Positions 53,755-64,000 are shown, counted from the first letter of the stretch. The stretch: DNA of 64,000 nt from Thermoanaerobaculia bacterium (GCA_963816185.1 CAWFJJ010000028.1:128001-192000); one strand, 5' to 3'. Numbers and translations are program-made. Notes: generated by a model from the sequence alone, not told the origin.

Positions 53755-55580
53755 GAGGTCTCCTTCGTGCGTTCGAGGGCCACGTCCCGCGGGACCGCCG
53801 CCGGCAGCGTGACGGTGAAGCGGCTGCCCTTGCCGGATTCCGAGTCCACGCGGATCGTGCCCCCGTGGAGGATGAGGAGGTGCTTCACGATGGCGAGCCC
53901 GAGGCCCGTGCCCGGGATCGACTTCGCGCGCGACGGGTCGACGCGGTAGAAGCGCTGGAAGATGCGGTCCTGCTGCGAGCGCGGGATGCCGATGCCGCGA
54001 TCGACGACGTGGACGACCACAGGGGACGCGGCGGCCGGGCCGCCCGGCGGTCCCCCCTCCGCGAGGACGTCCACCCGCTGGCCGGAGGGGGAGAACTTGA
54101 CGGCGTTGTCGACGAGGTTGCGGAACACCTGGGAGAGGCGGCGGCGGTCCCCGACGATCTCGAGATTCTCGCCTGCCTCGACCGCGACCGTCACGCCCCG
54201 CGCCTCGGAAACCGGGGCGAGGTCTCGCACCACGGAGGCGAGGAGCGGCAGCAGCGAGATGCGTTCGAGAGAGAGCGTCACGGCGCCGGACTCGATCTGC
54301 GAGAGGTCGGTGAGATCCGAGACGAGCGCCTCCATCTCCGACGATTGCCGCTCGAGAATGCCGATGAGCCGCGCGAGATCGGGAGGGAGGTCGTTCTCGC
54401 CGGCGAGCGTCTCGACGGCCGCGCGGATCGCCGCGACCGGGGTCCGGAGCTCGTGGGAGACGTCCGAGACGAAGCGCCGCCGCATCGTCTCCGTGCGCTC
54501 GCGTTCGGTCGCGTCCCGAACGACCCCCACCGCGGCGGGCTCGCCGGCCCCGCCACCGTGCGGGACGGCGCGGACGTTGATCTCGAGGACCTGCTCGGGT
54601 GCGGTCTCCCCGCCGAGGCGCAGGACGGCCGTCTCGTCGGTCGAGCCCTCGCCCTGGACGCGGGCCGCGAAGAGGCGGAGCGTTTCCGGGTCGCGCACGA
54701 GGTCTACGAGCGCGCGCCGCGGCGCGCCCGCGGGCGCGCGAAGCAGGGTGAGCACGGCCGGGTTCGCGTCGAGGAGCGCGAGGGTCCGATCCACCACGAG
54801 GAGGCCGACGGGGACCTGCTCGAAGACGGTCCGCGCGAGGAGGCGCGCTTTTTCGCTACCCTCGCGCTCGGCCGCGACGAGGCGCGCGAAGCGGGCGAGC
54901 GCGACGAAGACCTCCTGCGTCTCCTCCGAGCCGCTCGCGGGCGGGTGGGGATGGCGGCCGGCCGCGGCCTCGGCGACGCCCGCATTCACGCGCTCGAGGT
55001 CGCGCGCGTGCCGGTGCCGGATGAACGTGACGAGGACGGCGACGATGAGCCCGGCGAGAACGGAGACCTGCAGGAGCGTCCGCCGGAACGGCGCCTCGAG
55101 CGCGTCGAGGTCGTTCTGGCTCATCGCGAGGCGGACGTAGCCGATCGGGCTCGCCTCCTCCCCTACGCGGCGCGCGACGTAAACGAACGGGTCGTGAACC
55201 GTCGCGGACGTGCGCGCGCCGAAGCCCACGAGGCCGTGGCGCGCCGCGAGGACCTCCGGACGCGACGCGTGGTTCTCGACGCGCTCGAGCCGATCGGGAG
55301 GGACCTCGCTGTCGGCGATCACGGTCCCGTCCGCTTCGATGAGCGTGAGGCGCGCGCCGGCCTGCCGCGCCGCGAGGCCGACGCGGTCCTGCGCGGCGGT
55401 CCGCGTCTTCAGGTCGGCCTCGAACTCGGGCGCGACGCGCTCGAGCATGAGGACGAGGTCGCGCCGGCTGTGCTCTCGCACGGCGCCGTCGAGGACGCGC
55501 CCGAGCGCGATCGCGAAGGCGACGCCGAGAACGAGGCCGGCGAGCGCGGGCAGGGCCGCGCGGCGGAGGAGGGGAGTCAT
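53751..55580 (-). CDS. phoR: Phosphate regulon sensor histidine kinase
   Basis: Two TM, ENHASRPEV, PAS, FVSDVSHELRTP, NLVDNAVKF, FQRFYRVD, GTGLGLAIVKH. Confidence 0.9.
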   Translation of the reverse strand: MTPLLRRAALPALAGLVLGVAFAIALGRVLDGAVREHSRRDLVLMLERVAPEFEADLKTRTAAQDRVGLAARQAGARLTLIEADGTVIADSEVPPDRLERVENHASRPEVLAARHGLVGFGARTSATVHDPFVYVARRVGEEASPIGYVRLAMSQNDLDALEAPFRRTLLQVSVLAGLIVAVLVTFIRHRHARDLERVNAGVAEAAAGRHPHPPASGSEETQEVFVALARFARLVAAEREGSEKARLLARTVFEQVPVGLLVVDRTLALLDANPAVLTLLRAPAGAPRRALVDLVRDPETLRLFAARVQGEGSTDETAVLRLGGETAPEQVLEINVRAVPHGGGAGEPAAVGVVRDATERERTETMRRRFVSDVSHELRTPVAAIRAAVETLAGENDLPPDLARLIGILERQSSEMEALVSDLTDLSQIESGAVTLSLERISLLPLLASVVRDLAPVSEARGVTVAVEAGENLEIVGDRRRLSQVFRNLVDNAVKFSPSGQRVDVLAEGGPPGGPAAASPVVVHVVDRGIGIPRSQQDRIFQRFYRVDPSRAKSIPGTGLGLAIVKHLLILHGGTIRVDSESGKGSRFTVTLPAAVPRDVALERTKETS

Positions 55581-56294
55581 TTCGAGAATTTGTATCCCAC
55601 GCCGACGACCGTCTCGATGACGTCGTCGCCGATCTTCTTGCGCAGAGAGCGGATGTGGACGTCGACGGTGCGCGTCTCGATATCGGCCGCGTAATCCCAC
55701 AGGCGGGAGAGGATGGTCTCGCGCGAGACGACGCGGCCGCCGCTTCGGATCAGGAGCCAGAGAAGGTCGAACTCCTTCTTCGTGAGATGGAGCGGCTCCC
55801 CGCGCACCTCCACGGTGTGGCGCGCCCGGTCGACCTTGAGGCGCGGATCCTCGTAGACGTCGTCCGGCGACTCGGGCGAGGCCGCGCGGCGCAGGTGCGC
55901 CGCGATGCGGGCGAGGAGCTCCTTCATCGAGAAAGGCTTCGTGACGTAGTCGTCGGCGCCGAGCTCGAAGCCCAGCAGCTTGTCGCGCTCCTCGGCGCGC
56001 GCCGTGAGCATCAAGATCGGGACGTGCCGCGTCTCCTCGTGCTTCTTGAGCTCGCGGCAGATCGTGAGGCCGTCCACGTCCGGGAGGTTCAGGTCGAGAA
56101 CGACGAGGTCCGGCGGGTGTGCGAGGAGCTCGTCGAGCGCCACAAGACCTCCGGCGAAGCGCTCGATCTCGTAGCGCCCGTCCTTCTTGAGGTTATACGT
56201 GAGCGTGAAGGCGAGATCCTCGTCGTCCTCGACGACGGCGATGCGTGGGCCGCGCGGAGAGAGGGGCGCCCGCAGGCGTCGTCCCGCCCCTCAT
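55577..56294 (-). CDS. phoB: OmpR-family response regulator PhoB (frameshift near 56248, or CTG start at 56275)
   Basis: [40 protein letters not shown]; ATG at 56294 is one base out of frame. Confidence 0.8.
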
Positions 56295-57136
56295 CCAAAC
56301 CGCCCTGTTATGTAGTCCTCGGTGGTTTTCTGGCGGGGCTTCGTGAAGATGATCTCGGTCTGGTCGAACTCGATGAGCTTGCCGAGCATGAAGAAGCCGG
56401 TCTCGTCCGAAACACGCGCGGCCTGCTGCATGTTGTGCGTCACGATCACGATCGTATAGCGTTCCTTCAGCTCGAAGATGAGCTCCTCGACCTTGGCGGT
56501 CGCGATCGGGTCGAGGGCGGAGCAGGGCTCGTCCATCAGGAGGATCTCGGGCTCGACCGCGAGCGCGCGCGCGATGCAGAGGCGCTGCTGCTGGCCGCCC
56601 GAGAGCCCCAGCGCCGACGTCTTGAGGCGGTCCTTGACCTCGTCCCAGAGCGCGGCGCGCACGAGCGCCGACTCGACGCGCTCGGTGAGCTCGGAGCCGC
56701 TGAGGGCGCTGTTGATCTTCAGGCCGTAAGCCACGTTGTCGAAGATCGACTTCGGGAACGGATTCGACTTCTGAAAGACCATCCCGACGCGCCGCCTCAG
56801 GTCGACGATGTCGATGTCGGATCCGTAGATCTCGCGTCCGTCGAGGAGAACGTCCCCGTCGACCCGCGTGTCCGGGATGATGTCGTTCATTCGGTTCAGG
56901 CACCTCAGGAACGTCGACTTGCCGCAGCCGGAAGGCCCGATGAACGCCGTAACGCACTTCTCGCGGATCTGGATCGAGATGTCGTGCAACGCCTGGCTCC
57001 GCCCGTAGAAGAAGTTCAGGTGCCGCGCCTCCATCCGGACGGGGAGAGGCGCGGCCGCGGCCGTCGCCGTTCCGGGGGCAGAAGACGGTTTCGCGAGGGT
57101 ATCGGCGGCTCTTTCGTTCACGACGATCTCCATCAT
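56291..57136 (-). CDS. pstB: Phosphate ABC transporter ATP-binding protein
   Basis: [44 protein letters not shown]. Confidence 0.96.
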   Translation of the reverse strand: MMEIVVNERAADTLAKPSSAPGTATAAAAPLPVRMEARHLNFFYGRSQALHDISIQIREKCVTAFIGPSGCGKSTFLRCLNRMNDIIPDTRVDGDVLLDGREIYGSDIDIVDLRRRVGMVFQKSNPFPKSIFDNVAYGLKINSALSGSELTERVESALVRAALWDEVKDRLKTSALGLSGGQQQRLCIARALAVEPEILLMDEPCSALDPIATAKVEELIFELKERYTIVIVTHNMQQAARVSDETGFFMLGKLIEFDQTEIIFTKPRQKTTEDYITGRFG

Positions 57137-57981
57137 GTGCGGTGCATCCTCTCGAGGCGCCTCGTGACGACGCGGGCGAGGACGGAAAAGAGGAAGACGA
57201 CCGTGACGAGGACGAGAGCGCCGGCCCACGCCTGCCGGTGCCAGTCCTCGTAGGGCGAGATCGCGTACGTGTAGATCTGTACGGTCAGAGAGGCGATCGG
57301 CTGCGAGAGAGTCGTCGACCAGAATCGGTTCGAAAAGGACGTGAAGAGCAGCGGCGCCGTCTCTCCTGAGATGCGCGCGAGCGAGACGAGGATCCCGGTC
57401 ATGATGCCCGGCAGCGCCGCCGGGAGCATGACCGTGAAAGCTGCGCGCGACCGGGTCGCCCCGAGGGCGAGCGCTCCCTCGCGAAGAGTCGAAGGCACGA
57501 GGTTGAGGAGCTCCTCCGTCGTCCGCGTGATGATCGGGATCATCATGAACCCGAGGGCGACGCCACCCGCCACGGCGCTGAAGTGGTGGACGGGCAGGAC
57601 GACGAGCGCGTACGCGAAGATCCCGATCACGATGGACGGGATCCCGTTCAGGACGTCCGCCGTGAAGCGAACCGCGGTCGCGAGCTTCGATTTCGGATAC
57701 TCGGACAGATAGATGCCGGACATGAGGCCGACGGGGATCGCGACACAGGACGCGAGGCCGATGAGGATCAGCGTACCGACGATCGCGTTCGCCATGCCGC
57801 CGCCCGCCTCGCCGACGGGCTTCGGCATCTTCGTGAAGAAGTCCCAACTCAGGGAGGTGACGCCCTGCTTCAGGACGTAGAAGAAGACGAAGAAGAGCGG
57901 CACGAGAGCGAGCGCGACGGACGCACCGCAGAGCCCGACGACGGCGTTCGAGAGGAGCTTGCGGCGCGCGTTGCGGCTCAT
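57133..57981 (-). CDS. pstA: Phosphate ABC transporter permease
   Basis: [28 protein letters not shown]. Confidence 0.95.
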   Translation of the reverse strand: MSRNARRKLLSNAVVGLCGASVALALVPLFFVFFYVLKQGVTSLSWDFFTKMPKPVGEAGGGMANAIVGTLILIGLASCVAIPVGLMSGIYLSEYPKSKLATAVRFTADVLNGIPSIVIGIFAYALVVLPVHHFSAVAGGVALGFMMIPIITRTTEELLNLVPSTLREGALALGATRSRAAFTVMLPAALPGIMTGILVSLARISGETAPLLFTSFSNRFWSTTLSQPIASLTVQIYTYAISPYEDWHRQAWAGALVLVTVVFLFSVLARVVTRRLERMHRT

Positions 57982-58051
57982 CGGCGCCCTCCCCTTACGG
58001 CTCGGCCGCTGCGCGTCCCTTCGATCCTCGCCCGTGGCTCGGCTCTCCGGT

Positions 58052-59020
58052 TCACGCGGCCTCTTCGACGGGCACCGCCGCCGCTTTCGGCGCCGAGGCC
58101 TTGACTTCGCGGTTCACGCTCCAGATCAGGAAGCGCGATGCCGCGTTGATGAGGAGGGTGATCGCGAAGAGGACGAGTCCGATCTCGACGAGAGCGGACA
58201 GATAGAGGTCGTCCGCTGCTTCCGTGAACTCGTTCGCGATGACGGCCGCCATCGTGTACTGCGGTGCGAAGAGGGACGCCATGATCCGAGGGCTGTTTCC
58301 GATGACCATCGTGACGGCCATCGTCTCGCCGATCGCGCGGCCGAGGCCGAGGATGACAGATCCGAGAATCCCGGTCCTTCCGTATCGCATCGCGACCCGA
58401 ATCGCCTCCCAGCGCGTCGCCCCGAGCGCGTACGCGGCTTCGCGCTGCGTCGCAGGCACGGCCTTGAGCACCTCGCGGGCGACCGACGACGTGAACGGGA
58501 TGATCATGACGGCGAGGATGAGCGCGGCCGAGAGCATTCCGACGCCGAGCGGCGGGCCCGAGAAGAGGGGAAGGCTGCGCGCCCAGGCGGGCGTGAGCAC
58601 CTCGAGCTTGCGCACGAGCGGGACGAGGACGAAGACGCCCCAGAGGCCGTAGACGATCGAGGGGATCGCGGCGAGGAGCTCGGTCAGGAAGGCGAGGGGC
58701 GTCCTCAGAACTCGCGGCGAAAGCTCCGAGAGGAAGATCGCGATTCCGAGCGCGACGGGCGTCGAGATCAGGAGGGCGAGGAACGAGGAATAGAGCGTGC
58801 CCCAGATGAACGGCAAGGCGCCGAAATCACCGGAGACGGGATCCCAGGTCTTCGTCTTCCAGAAGCTGAAACCGAACTTCGTGATCGAGAGACGCGATTG
58901 CTGCCAGAGGACGAACGCGATCGCGGCGACGAGTAAGACGACGAGCGCGGCGAAGAAGCCCGTCCCCGCGCGGAACCCGAGATCCTCTCCTTTCCGCCGC
59001 GGGGCCGGGCTCTTCGTCAT
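58052..59020 (-). CDS. pstC: Phosphate ABC transporter permease
   Basis: ELLAAIPSIVYGLWG, REAAYALGAT, GRAIGETMAV. Confidence 0.95.
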   Translation of the reverse strand: MTKSPAPRRKGEDLGFRAGTGFFAALVVLLVAAIAFVLWQQSRLSITKFGFSFWKTKTWDPVSGDFGALPFIWGTLYSSFLALLISTPVALGIAIFLSELSPRVLRTPLAFLTELLAAIPSIVYGLWGVFVLVPLVRKLEVLTPAWARSLPLFSGPPLGVGMLSAALILAVMIIPFTSSVAREVLKAVPATQREAAYALGATRWEAIRVAMRYGRTGILGSVILGLGRAIGETMAVTMVIGNSPRIMASLFAPQYTMAAVIANEFTEAADDLYLSALVEIGLVLFAITLLINAASRFLIWSVNREVKASAPKAAAVPVEEAA

Positions 59021-59040
59021 CGTGTGCTTCCGCTGCGAAC

Positions 59041-60087
59041 TTACAGCTTGATCTTCCCGAGGGCCTTCATTTCGAGGGCGACGACTTCCTTCGGAAGCGG
59101 AGCGTAGCCGAGGCCGGCGCAGTACTTCTGTCCGTCGGTGATCGCCCACTTGAAGAAGTCGATCATGATCTTCGCGCGCGCCTTGTCCTTCGGGTTCTCG
59201 TAGAAGAGCATCCAGGTGAAGGACGAGATCGGATAGGCGTCCGCGCCGGGCGCGTTCGTGATCGAGACGCGGAAATCGGCCGGCATGGCCTTCGCGGCGC
59301 CTGCGGCCGCCGCGGTGACGGTCTCGAGCGAGGCGCGCAGGAACTTGCCGTCGTGGTTCTGGACGTCGCCGAAGCTGATGTTGTTCTGGATCGCGTAGAT
59401 CAGCTCCACGTATCCGATCGCGCCCGGCGTCTGCTTCACGAGGCCTGCGACGCCCTCATTCCCCTTCCCGCCGATGCCCACGGGCCAGTTGACGGACGTC
59501 GCGACTCCGACCTTCTTCTTGAACTCCGGATAGACCTTCGAGAGATAGTCGCAGAAGATGTAGTTCGTTCCCGAGCCGTCGGAGCGATGGACCGCGGCGA
59601 TGTCCAGGCTCGGCAGCGCGACGCCGGGATTCAGCTTCTCGATGGCCGGGTCGTTCCACTTCGTGATCTTGCCGAGGTAGATCTCGGCGAGGACGGCGCC
59701 CGTGAACTTCAGGTTCACCGTGACGCCCGGGATGTTGTACGAGGGTGCGACGCCGCCGAGGACTGTCGGGAAATGGAGGACGGCGGCCGGAGCCGACTTG
59801 AGCTGGTCGTTCGTCATCGGCCCGTCCGAGGCTCCGAAGAAGACCGTGTTGTTCGTGAGCTGCTTGATGCCGCCGCCCGAGCCGATCGACGCGTAGTTGA
59901 TCTCGATGTCCGGATGCTGGTTGTGGTACTCGTCGAACCACTTCGAGTAGATGGGGAAGGGAAACGTCGCTCCCGCGCCGTTGATCTGAACCGTCTGCGC
60001 CTGAGCGGGCACGGCGGTAGCGGCGAGGAAGGCTCCGAAGAGAGCGGGGAAGAGAGACCGGAGATTTCTCTTGAAAGTGGTGTTCAT
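59041..60087 (-). CDS. pstS: Phosphate-binding protein
   Basis: GAGATFP, SIGSGGG, FGASD, HRSDGSGT, GKGNEGV, YPISSFT; signal peptide. Confidence 0.96.
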   Translation of the reverse strand: MNTTFKRNLRSLFPALFGAFLAATAVPAQAQTVQINGAGATFPFPIYSKWFDEYHNQHPDIEINYASIGSGGGIKQLTNNTVFFGASDGPMTNDQLKSAPAAVLHFPTVLGGVAPSYNIPGVTVNLKFTGAVLAEIYLGKITKWNDPAIEKLNPGVALPSLDIAAVHRSDGSGTNYIFCDYLSKVYPEFKKKVGVATSVNWPVGIGGKGNEGVAGLVKQTPGAIGYVELIYAIQNNISFGDVQNHDGKFLRASLETVTAAAAGAAKAMPADFRVSITNAPGADAYPISSFTWMLFYENPKDKARAKIMIDFFKWAITDGQKYCAGLGYAPLPKEVVALEMKALGKIKL

Positions 60088-60146
60088 GTTCGCTTTCGTC
60101 TCCTGAAGTTGCGGCGGCTCAGCGGCGTTCCTCATGGACGTGAGGA

Positions 60147-60174
60147 TGTGAGACGCGCGTGAAGTTAGTGTGAA
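60147..60174 (-). promoter_or_regulatory. Pho box upstream of pstS
   Basis: TTCACA / TTCACG / CTCACA direct repeats at 11-bp period on the minus strand. Confidence 0.7.
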
Positions 60175-60248
60175 AGTCGGCATGCAAGTCTTTCTTTCTA
60201 AGGAATTTATCTTCTTCCATTTTTTTTCTTTTCTTCGTCGTTTTCTCC

Positions 60249-61361
60249 TCAGAAGTTGACGAGCGTGTGAAGCGCGTAGAACTTGTTGTCTGGCTTCGCT
60301 GGGGCGAAATTGTCGAACGTCTCTTGTGTGTAGTCCGCCATGAGGGCCGAGACGATTCCGTGGCCGAAGTTGAACCAATAGGCGATGCCCACGATCGTGC
60401 GCTTCTGCTTCGGGTCGAGGTCCTTGTTGGGCTTGAGCTCGTCGTAGCGGATGAGGGCCTCGAGGCCGAACGGCGTCCTGGGCGTGACCCAGATCGACCA
60501 GTCCCTCGGCTTGACCTCGGCCGCGCCGGGCGAGGCCTGGTTCGTCGCCTCGATGTACGTGAAGCCCGCGTTGATGTATGGGTTCTCGAACGTCGTGTCG
60601 GCGAGCCAGCGGTTCCTCTTCTGGTCCTTCGCGACGTTGTCCACGTTCAGGAAGCCCGTGATCCGCCAGCCCTTCGCGACGGGCATGCTCTCGAGCGGAC
60701 GCAATGAGGCGCGGACCTGGAAGCCCTTCTGGTCGTTCGCTTCGGCCTTGTTGTAGCCCTCGCCGTTGTAGTAGCCGAGGTGCACGTCGCCGTAGTCGTC
60801 CGGGAAGCTGACGTGGCCGGAGAGACCGAGGTCGGACGACGTCAGGAAGCCGTCCCGGTCGACCATCGTCGGACTCTGGAACCGGTAGCGGTAGATGCCC
60901 TCGGCGTAGTCGATGTAAGGCGTCTGCTGCTGGCCGAAGCGCGCCCACGAGCCCTTGGGCAGCCAGTCGTCCAGGTTGAGCTGCGCGAAGGCGTACTTGA
61001 CGCGGACCACGTAGCTGCCGGAGAGCGTTCCCGTCGTGTCAGCCACGCGCACGAGATCGGTCGTGATTCGGTACGAGAGAAGGTGATGGAGCTGGCCGGT
61101 GAAGTTGAGGTACGCGCGCGAGACGTTGAACGCATTCGGGTTGTATGTGCTCCCGTCGGCGTTCTTGGCGGTCGGTGAGTCCGTATACGTGTAGTCGGCG
61201 AACAAAGTGAACCCGACCTTGATCGAGGGCCTGTCGTCCGGCGGGACGTAACCCTCGGCCGGTGTGACCTGAGCCGGCGCGGCGAGCGAGAACGCGAATC
61301 CGACTGCACAGATCGCGGCCGCGAGGCTCAGGCGTCGGACGAGGGTCGTCTGCTTCTGCAT
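60249..61361 (-). CDS. Outer-membrane beta-barrel, putative phosphate-selective porin
   Basis: Signal peptide, FNVSRAYLNFTG, VKYAFAQ, RFGQQQTP, amphipathic strands, terminal Phe; upstream of pstS with its own Pho box. Confidence 0.78.
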   Translation of the reverse strand: MQKQTTLVRRLSLAAAICAVGFAFSLAAPAQVTPAEGYVPPDDRPSIKVGFTLFADYTYTDSPTAKNADGSTYNPNAFNVSRAYLNFTGQLHHLLSYRITTDLVRVADTTGTLSGSYVVRVKYAFAQLNLDDWLPKGSWARFGQQQTPYIDYAEGIYRYRFQSPTMVDRDGFLTSSDLGLSGHVSFPDDYGDVHLGYYNGEGYNKAEANDQKGFQVRASLRPLESMPVAKGWRITGFLNVDNVAKDQKRNRWLADTTFENPYINAGFTYIEATNQASPGAAEVKPRDWSIWVTPRTPFGLEALIRYDELKPNKDLDPKQKRTIVGIAYWFNFGHGIVSALMADYTQETFDNFAPAKPDNKFYALHTLVNF

Positions 61362-61425
61362 GAAGTGTTCCTCCTTTTGCAGTCGCAGACTCTTGTCGAA
61401 CGAGATCAAGAGGCCGGGAGAACGA

Positions 61426-61444
61426 GGTGAAGGTTTGGTGAAGG
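61426..61444 (-). promoter_or_regulatory. Pho box upstream of porin
   Basis: CCTTCACC-AAA-CCTTCACC, 11-bp period. Confidence 0.65.
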
Positions 61445-61730
61445 TTCTCGAACGCAAAGCCAAGGGGTCGAAACATCGTCTCTTTACAGACTCTTTACTT
61501 CCGCGACGAGATCGAATCGGCCGTGCGACGCTTTGCGAAGGAGGTCGAGCAGGGGAGGCCGCTCACGGGCGCGATCACGCGCAAGAAGGCGTCCGCCGCC
61601 ATCTAGCCTGTTCCTCGTCTGGCTCATGCTCGCGCCCTGGGTGTTCTTCCGTCCCGGCTGCGCCCCCTTACGAGGCGGGGCGACACGCACAGCGCGGTGG
61701 TATGCAACGCCGCCCGACGTGTATCGGATC

Positions 61731-61955
61731 CTAAGGGCGGGCCGGCGAGAGCGGAGAGCTCTTTCTACGGAAGCGCTCGATCTTTCTTTGTTTCTGGCGG
61801 ACGGGAAGGTCGGGATCTCGTTCGGGGATCCGGACTTCCTGCGTCTGGGTGCAGGCGGCGCAAATGCGCGTGACGGAGTCGGGAGGCGGTTTCAGGAGAC
61901 TCACGACCATCTGGTTGGAAGCTCCACATGCCTCGCACGTCCAAAGATGCAGCAT
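61731..61955 (-). CDS. Small zinc-ribbon-like protein (74 aa)
   Basis: GAGGAGGT RBS; CEAC and CAAC pairs; basic tail. Confidence 0.6.
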   Translation of the reverse strand: MLHLWTCEACGASNQMVVSLLKPPPDSVTRICAACTQTQEVRIPERDPDLPVRQKQRKIERFRRKSSPLSPARP

Positions 61956-62076
61956 GCCGTTCGACCTCCTCGCGCGCATCTATCACACGGGAGTGCGGTT
62001 CATGTGAAGGCCAATCGAGCAGCAAGATCGAGGCCAGAAATCCAGGCTGACGAGGCCTCATCGCGTGCGTCCCTCC

Positions 62077-63309
62077 TCAGGCAGTGACTGCGGCCGTGCG
62101 TCGCGACGGCATGAGGTGCGTGAGAGGGCCGAGGCGGGCACGATGGCCCTGCCAGTCGACCTCGCGCGAGACGTAGGGCACGACCTGCGTCGCGAGCTGG
62201 AGGAGGTCCTTGGCGGGGAGGAGAAGGAGCTGAGCCGCCGTGAGGTCGGCCCTGGCCGTTCGCGCGAGGACGAAGCCCTGTGCGAGGCGGAGAAAGAGGA
62301 TGGCGCCTGCAGCGACGAACGGCAGAGGCGGGAGGCCGGATGGCCCGAGCGCCGTGCCGCCGCAGGCGAGGAGGGAAAACGGAAGCGGATTGAGGAGGAG
62401 CTCACCCGTGTACGTCAGCTTCGAAAAGGAATACCGGATCTTTCCCCAGCGCACCTGGCGATCCAGAGCCCGCCCGAGGGCGCGGGTCACCGTCACGTTG
62501 CGGACGACGACCGTCGAGAGCGCGATCCGAAAGCCCGCTGCCTTCACCGCGCAGCCGATCGCCTGGTCTTCCGCGAGGACGTCGGTGAACGCGGCGAAGC
62601 CCCCGATCGCGTCGTGAGCGGCGCGCGTCAGTGCCATGGACTTGCCGACGACGCACGCGACGCCGCCGGCCGCGGCCAGGACGGTGCCCGGGAGTACGAA
62701 CGTGAGGAGGTGAAGGCTCTCGATCACGGCGCCGAACGAGCGCGCGCCGGAGCCCGTGAATACGTTCGACACGCAGCCCACCGAGGGATCGTCGAAGGCG
62801 GCCACTGTCGCGGCGACGTCGCCGGGCTCGACGCGTACGTTCGAATCGGACACGAAGAAGATGTCGCCTCGGGCGACGCGTGCTGCGGCGACGAGCCGCT
62901 CGACCTTCGGGTTCTTGAGCGCGACGCCGGTCCCTCCGCCCACGACGAGGCGGAACGGCCCTTCGGGAAAGCGGGCCATGGCGCGGCGGGCGGCGGCCAC
63001 CGCGGGATCGTCCTCCCGCTCGGCCGAGAGGACGACCTCATGCGTCACACCCGACACTCGCGCGAACGACGCGAGGTTCTCCTCGAGGCCGTCGTCAAGC
63101 CCGGAGAGCGGCTTGAGGATCGAAACGCGCGGCGTCGTGGTGGAAGCGGCCGGCCGGAAAGCGTTCGCGGCCGGCTCGCGCCGGCCCCGCGCGAAAGGGC
63201 GGGGCGTCGCCTTCCCCTTCCGGAGGAGACGGACCACGAGGCCCGTCTGGACGGTCGTCAGGACGGCTCCGATTGCGGCCACGGCGAGAAGGACGGTCGT
63301 GAGAGTCAT
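62077..63309 (-). CDS. GT2/GT21 ceramide-glucosyltransferase-like (HpnI-like) glycosyltransferase
   Basis: SILKPLSG, NPKV, VSDSNV, GKSMAL, LAED, RQVRW. Confidence 0.88.
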   Translation of the reverse strand: MTLTTVLLAVAAIGAVLTTVQTGLVVRLLRKGKATPRPFARGRREPAANAFRPAASTTTPRVSILKPLSGLDDGLEENLASFARVSGVTHEVVLSAEREDDPAVAAARRAMARFPEGPFRLVVGGGTGVALKNPKVERLVAAARVARGDIFFVSDSNVRVEPGDVAATVAAFDDPSVGCVSNVFTGSGARSFGAVIESLHLLTFVLPGTVLAAAGGVACVVGKSMALTRAAHDAIGGFAAFTDVLAEDQAIGCAVKAAGFRIALSTVVVRNVTVTRALGRALDRQVRWGKIRYSFSKLTYTGELLLNPLPFSLLACGGTALGPSGLPPLPFVAAGAILFLRLAQGFVLARTARADLTAAQLLLLPAKDLLQLATQVVPYVSREVDWQGHRARLGPLTHLMPSRRTAAVTA

Positions 63310-63319
63310 GGGGCGGACC

Positions 63320-64000
63320 TCATGCGGTCGCCGGCTCGACGAAGCCGGGGATGACGGTGCACGGGCGGAGCGGCTCTGTCTCTTCCGGGATGCGGGCGGC
63401 GACTGGAAGTGGGTCGGGGAGACGCGTGACGCCGAGGCCCTTGCCGGCGCGGAGGGACGCGAGGATCGCGTCCGGGTTCTTCTCGGAGCTCATGAGCGTC
63501 TTCCACGCGTAGAGGTGCGGGCGGTCGTGGAAGTCGCTGTTGCCGACATACGGGAGGCGCGCGCGGGAGACCTGGGGAAAGAGGTCCCAGCGGCACGCCA
63601 GCTCCCAGAGGTCGATGAGCGACGAGACCTCGCGGCGCTTGTTCCAGAGGTAGAACGTGTTCGCGAACCAGTCCGACTGCTCGTTGGGATGACACGCCAC
63701 CGTGACGGCGCCGGCTTCGCGGGCGCGCGTGAGCATCTCCTCGACCGGACCGTTCGCGGGGACGAAGCGGTCGAGGCCGAGCGCGAGGGCGTGGGCCGAG
63801 CGCTTTCCGGTGAGCGCGTTTCGCGTGAGCTCGCAGCCGGCGAGGACGACCATGCGGTACTCGTCCCAGGCGCGCCCCGCCTCGCTGTCGATCTCGGCGC
63901 GGTACGCGTCGAAGTTGTCCCTGGTGATCGAGAGCCGGCAGCCGTGCGCGATCTTCCCGAGGAGCGAGTCCGTATCGACGACGTGGTCTGTGACGGCGAT
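63320..64000 (-). CDS. PHP-domain phosphoesterase, 5' part outside window
   Basis: Frame open to the window edge: IAVTDH...GCEL...HAL...ACHP...GNSDFH. Confidence 0.8.
   Translation of the reverse strand: MAVTDHVVDTDSLLGKIAHGCRLSITRDNFDAYRAEIDSEAGRAWDEYRMVVLAGCELTRNALTGKRSAHALALGLDRFVPANGPVEEMLTRAREAGAVTVACHPNEQSDWFANTFYLWNKRREVSSLIDLWELACRWDLFPQVSRARLPYVGNSDFHDRPHLYAWKTLMSSEKNPDAILASLRAGKGLGVTRLPDPLPVAARIPEETEPLRPCTVIPGFVEPATA

Noticed and set aside
59041-60948. 635-aa extended PstS or porin-PstS fusion suggested by the ORF track
   Set aside because: The extension is an off-frame read of the porin gene; PstS has its own RBS, signal peptide and Pho box at 60087.

Overview
High-GC bacterial chromosomal window. 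Gene content (TIGR02999-like ECF/Ser-Thr kinase pair, IPTL-CTERM-like proteins, CusF-SCO fusion) suggests Acidobacteriota, possibly Thermoanaerobaculia; this is inference only. Left to right: end of a Zn/Mn ABC importer, gpmA, cupredoxin-like lipoprotein, TolC/MFP/RND efflux operon, Cys-poor rpmB-rpmG, two tandem beta-propeller surface proteins (one split by an in-frame TAA), ECF sigma + membrane Ser/Thr kinase, an SthA-DUF429-like fusion, M16 protease, SOD, MarR/cupin, frameshifted hldD, deoxyhypusine-synthase-like gene, two SCO proteins, a Lol-like ABC system and a second kinase. Next is a reductive pyrimidine degradation cluster that contains a ~1880-aa kinase-STAND-TPR-(SBP5)x2 protein and runs co-directionally with panB-panE-panC-coaX-coaBC (no panD seen). 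An AT-richer islet (48.5-51.5 kb) follows, then tautomerase, ACT protein, vapBC, a complete pst/pho locus with Pho boxes and a porin, a small Zn-ribbon ORF, a ceramide-glucosyltransferase-like gene and a partial PHP gene. The best candidate for a new system is the islet: ECF sigma + zinc-anti-sigma/TPR fusion + an unannotated 43-aa peptide with a duplicated VSTTTIGG core, flanked by two copies of a 45-bp promoter-like element. This resembles RRNPP-style peptide signalling coupled to an ECF sigma. No rRNA, tRNA, CRISPR array or transposase was recognised.
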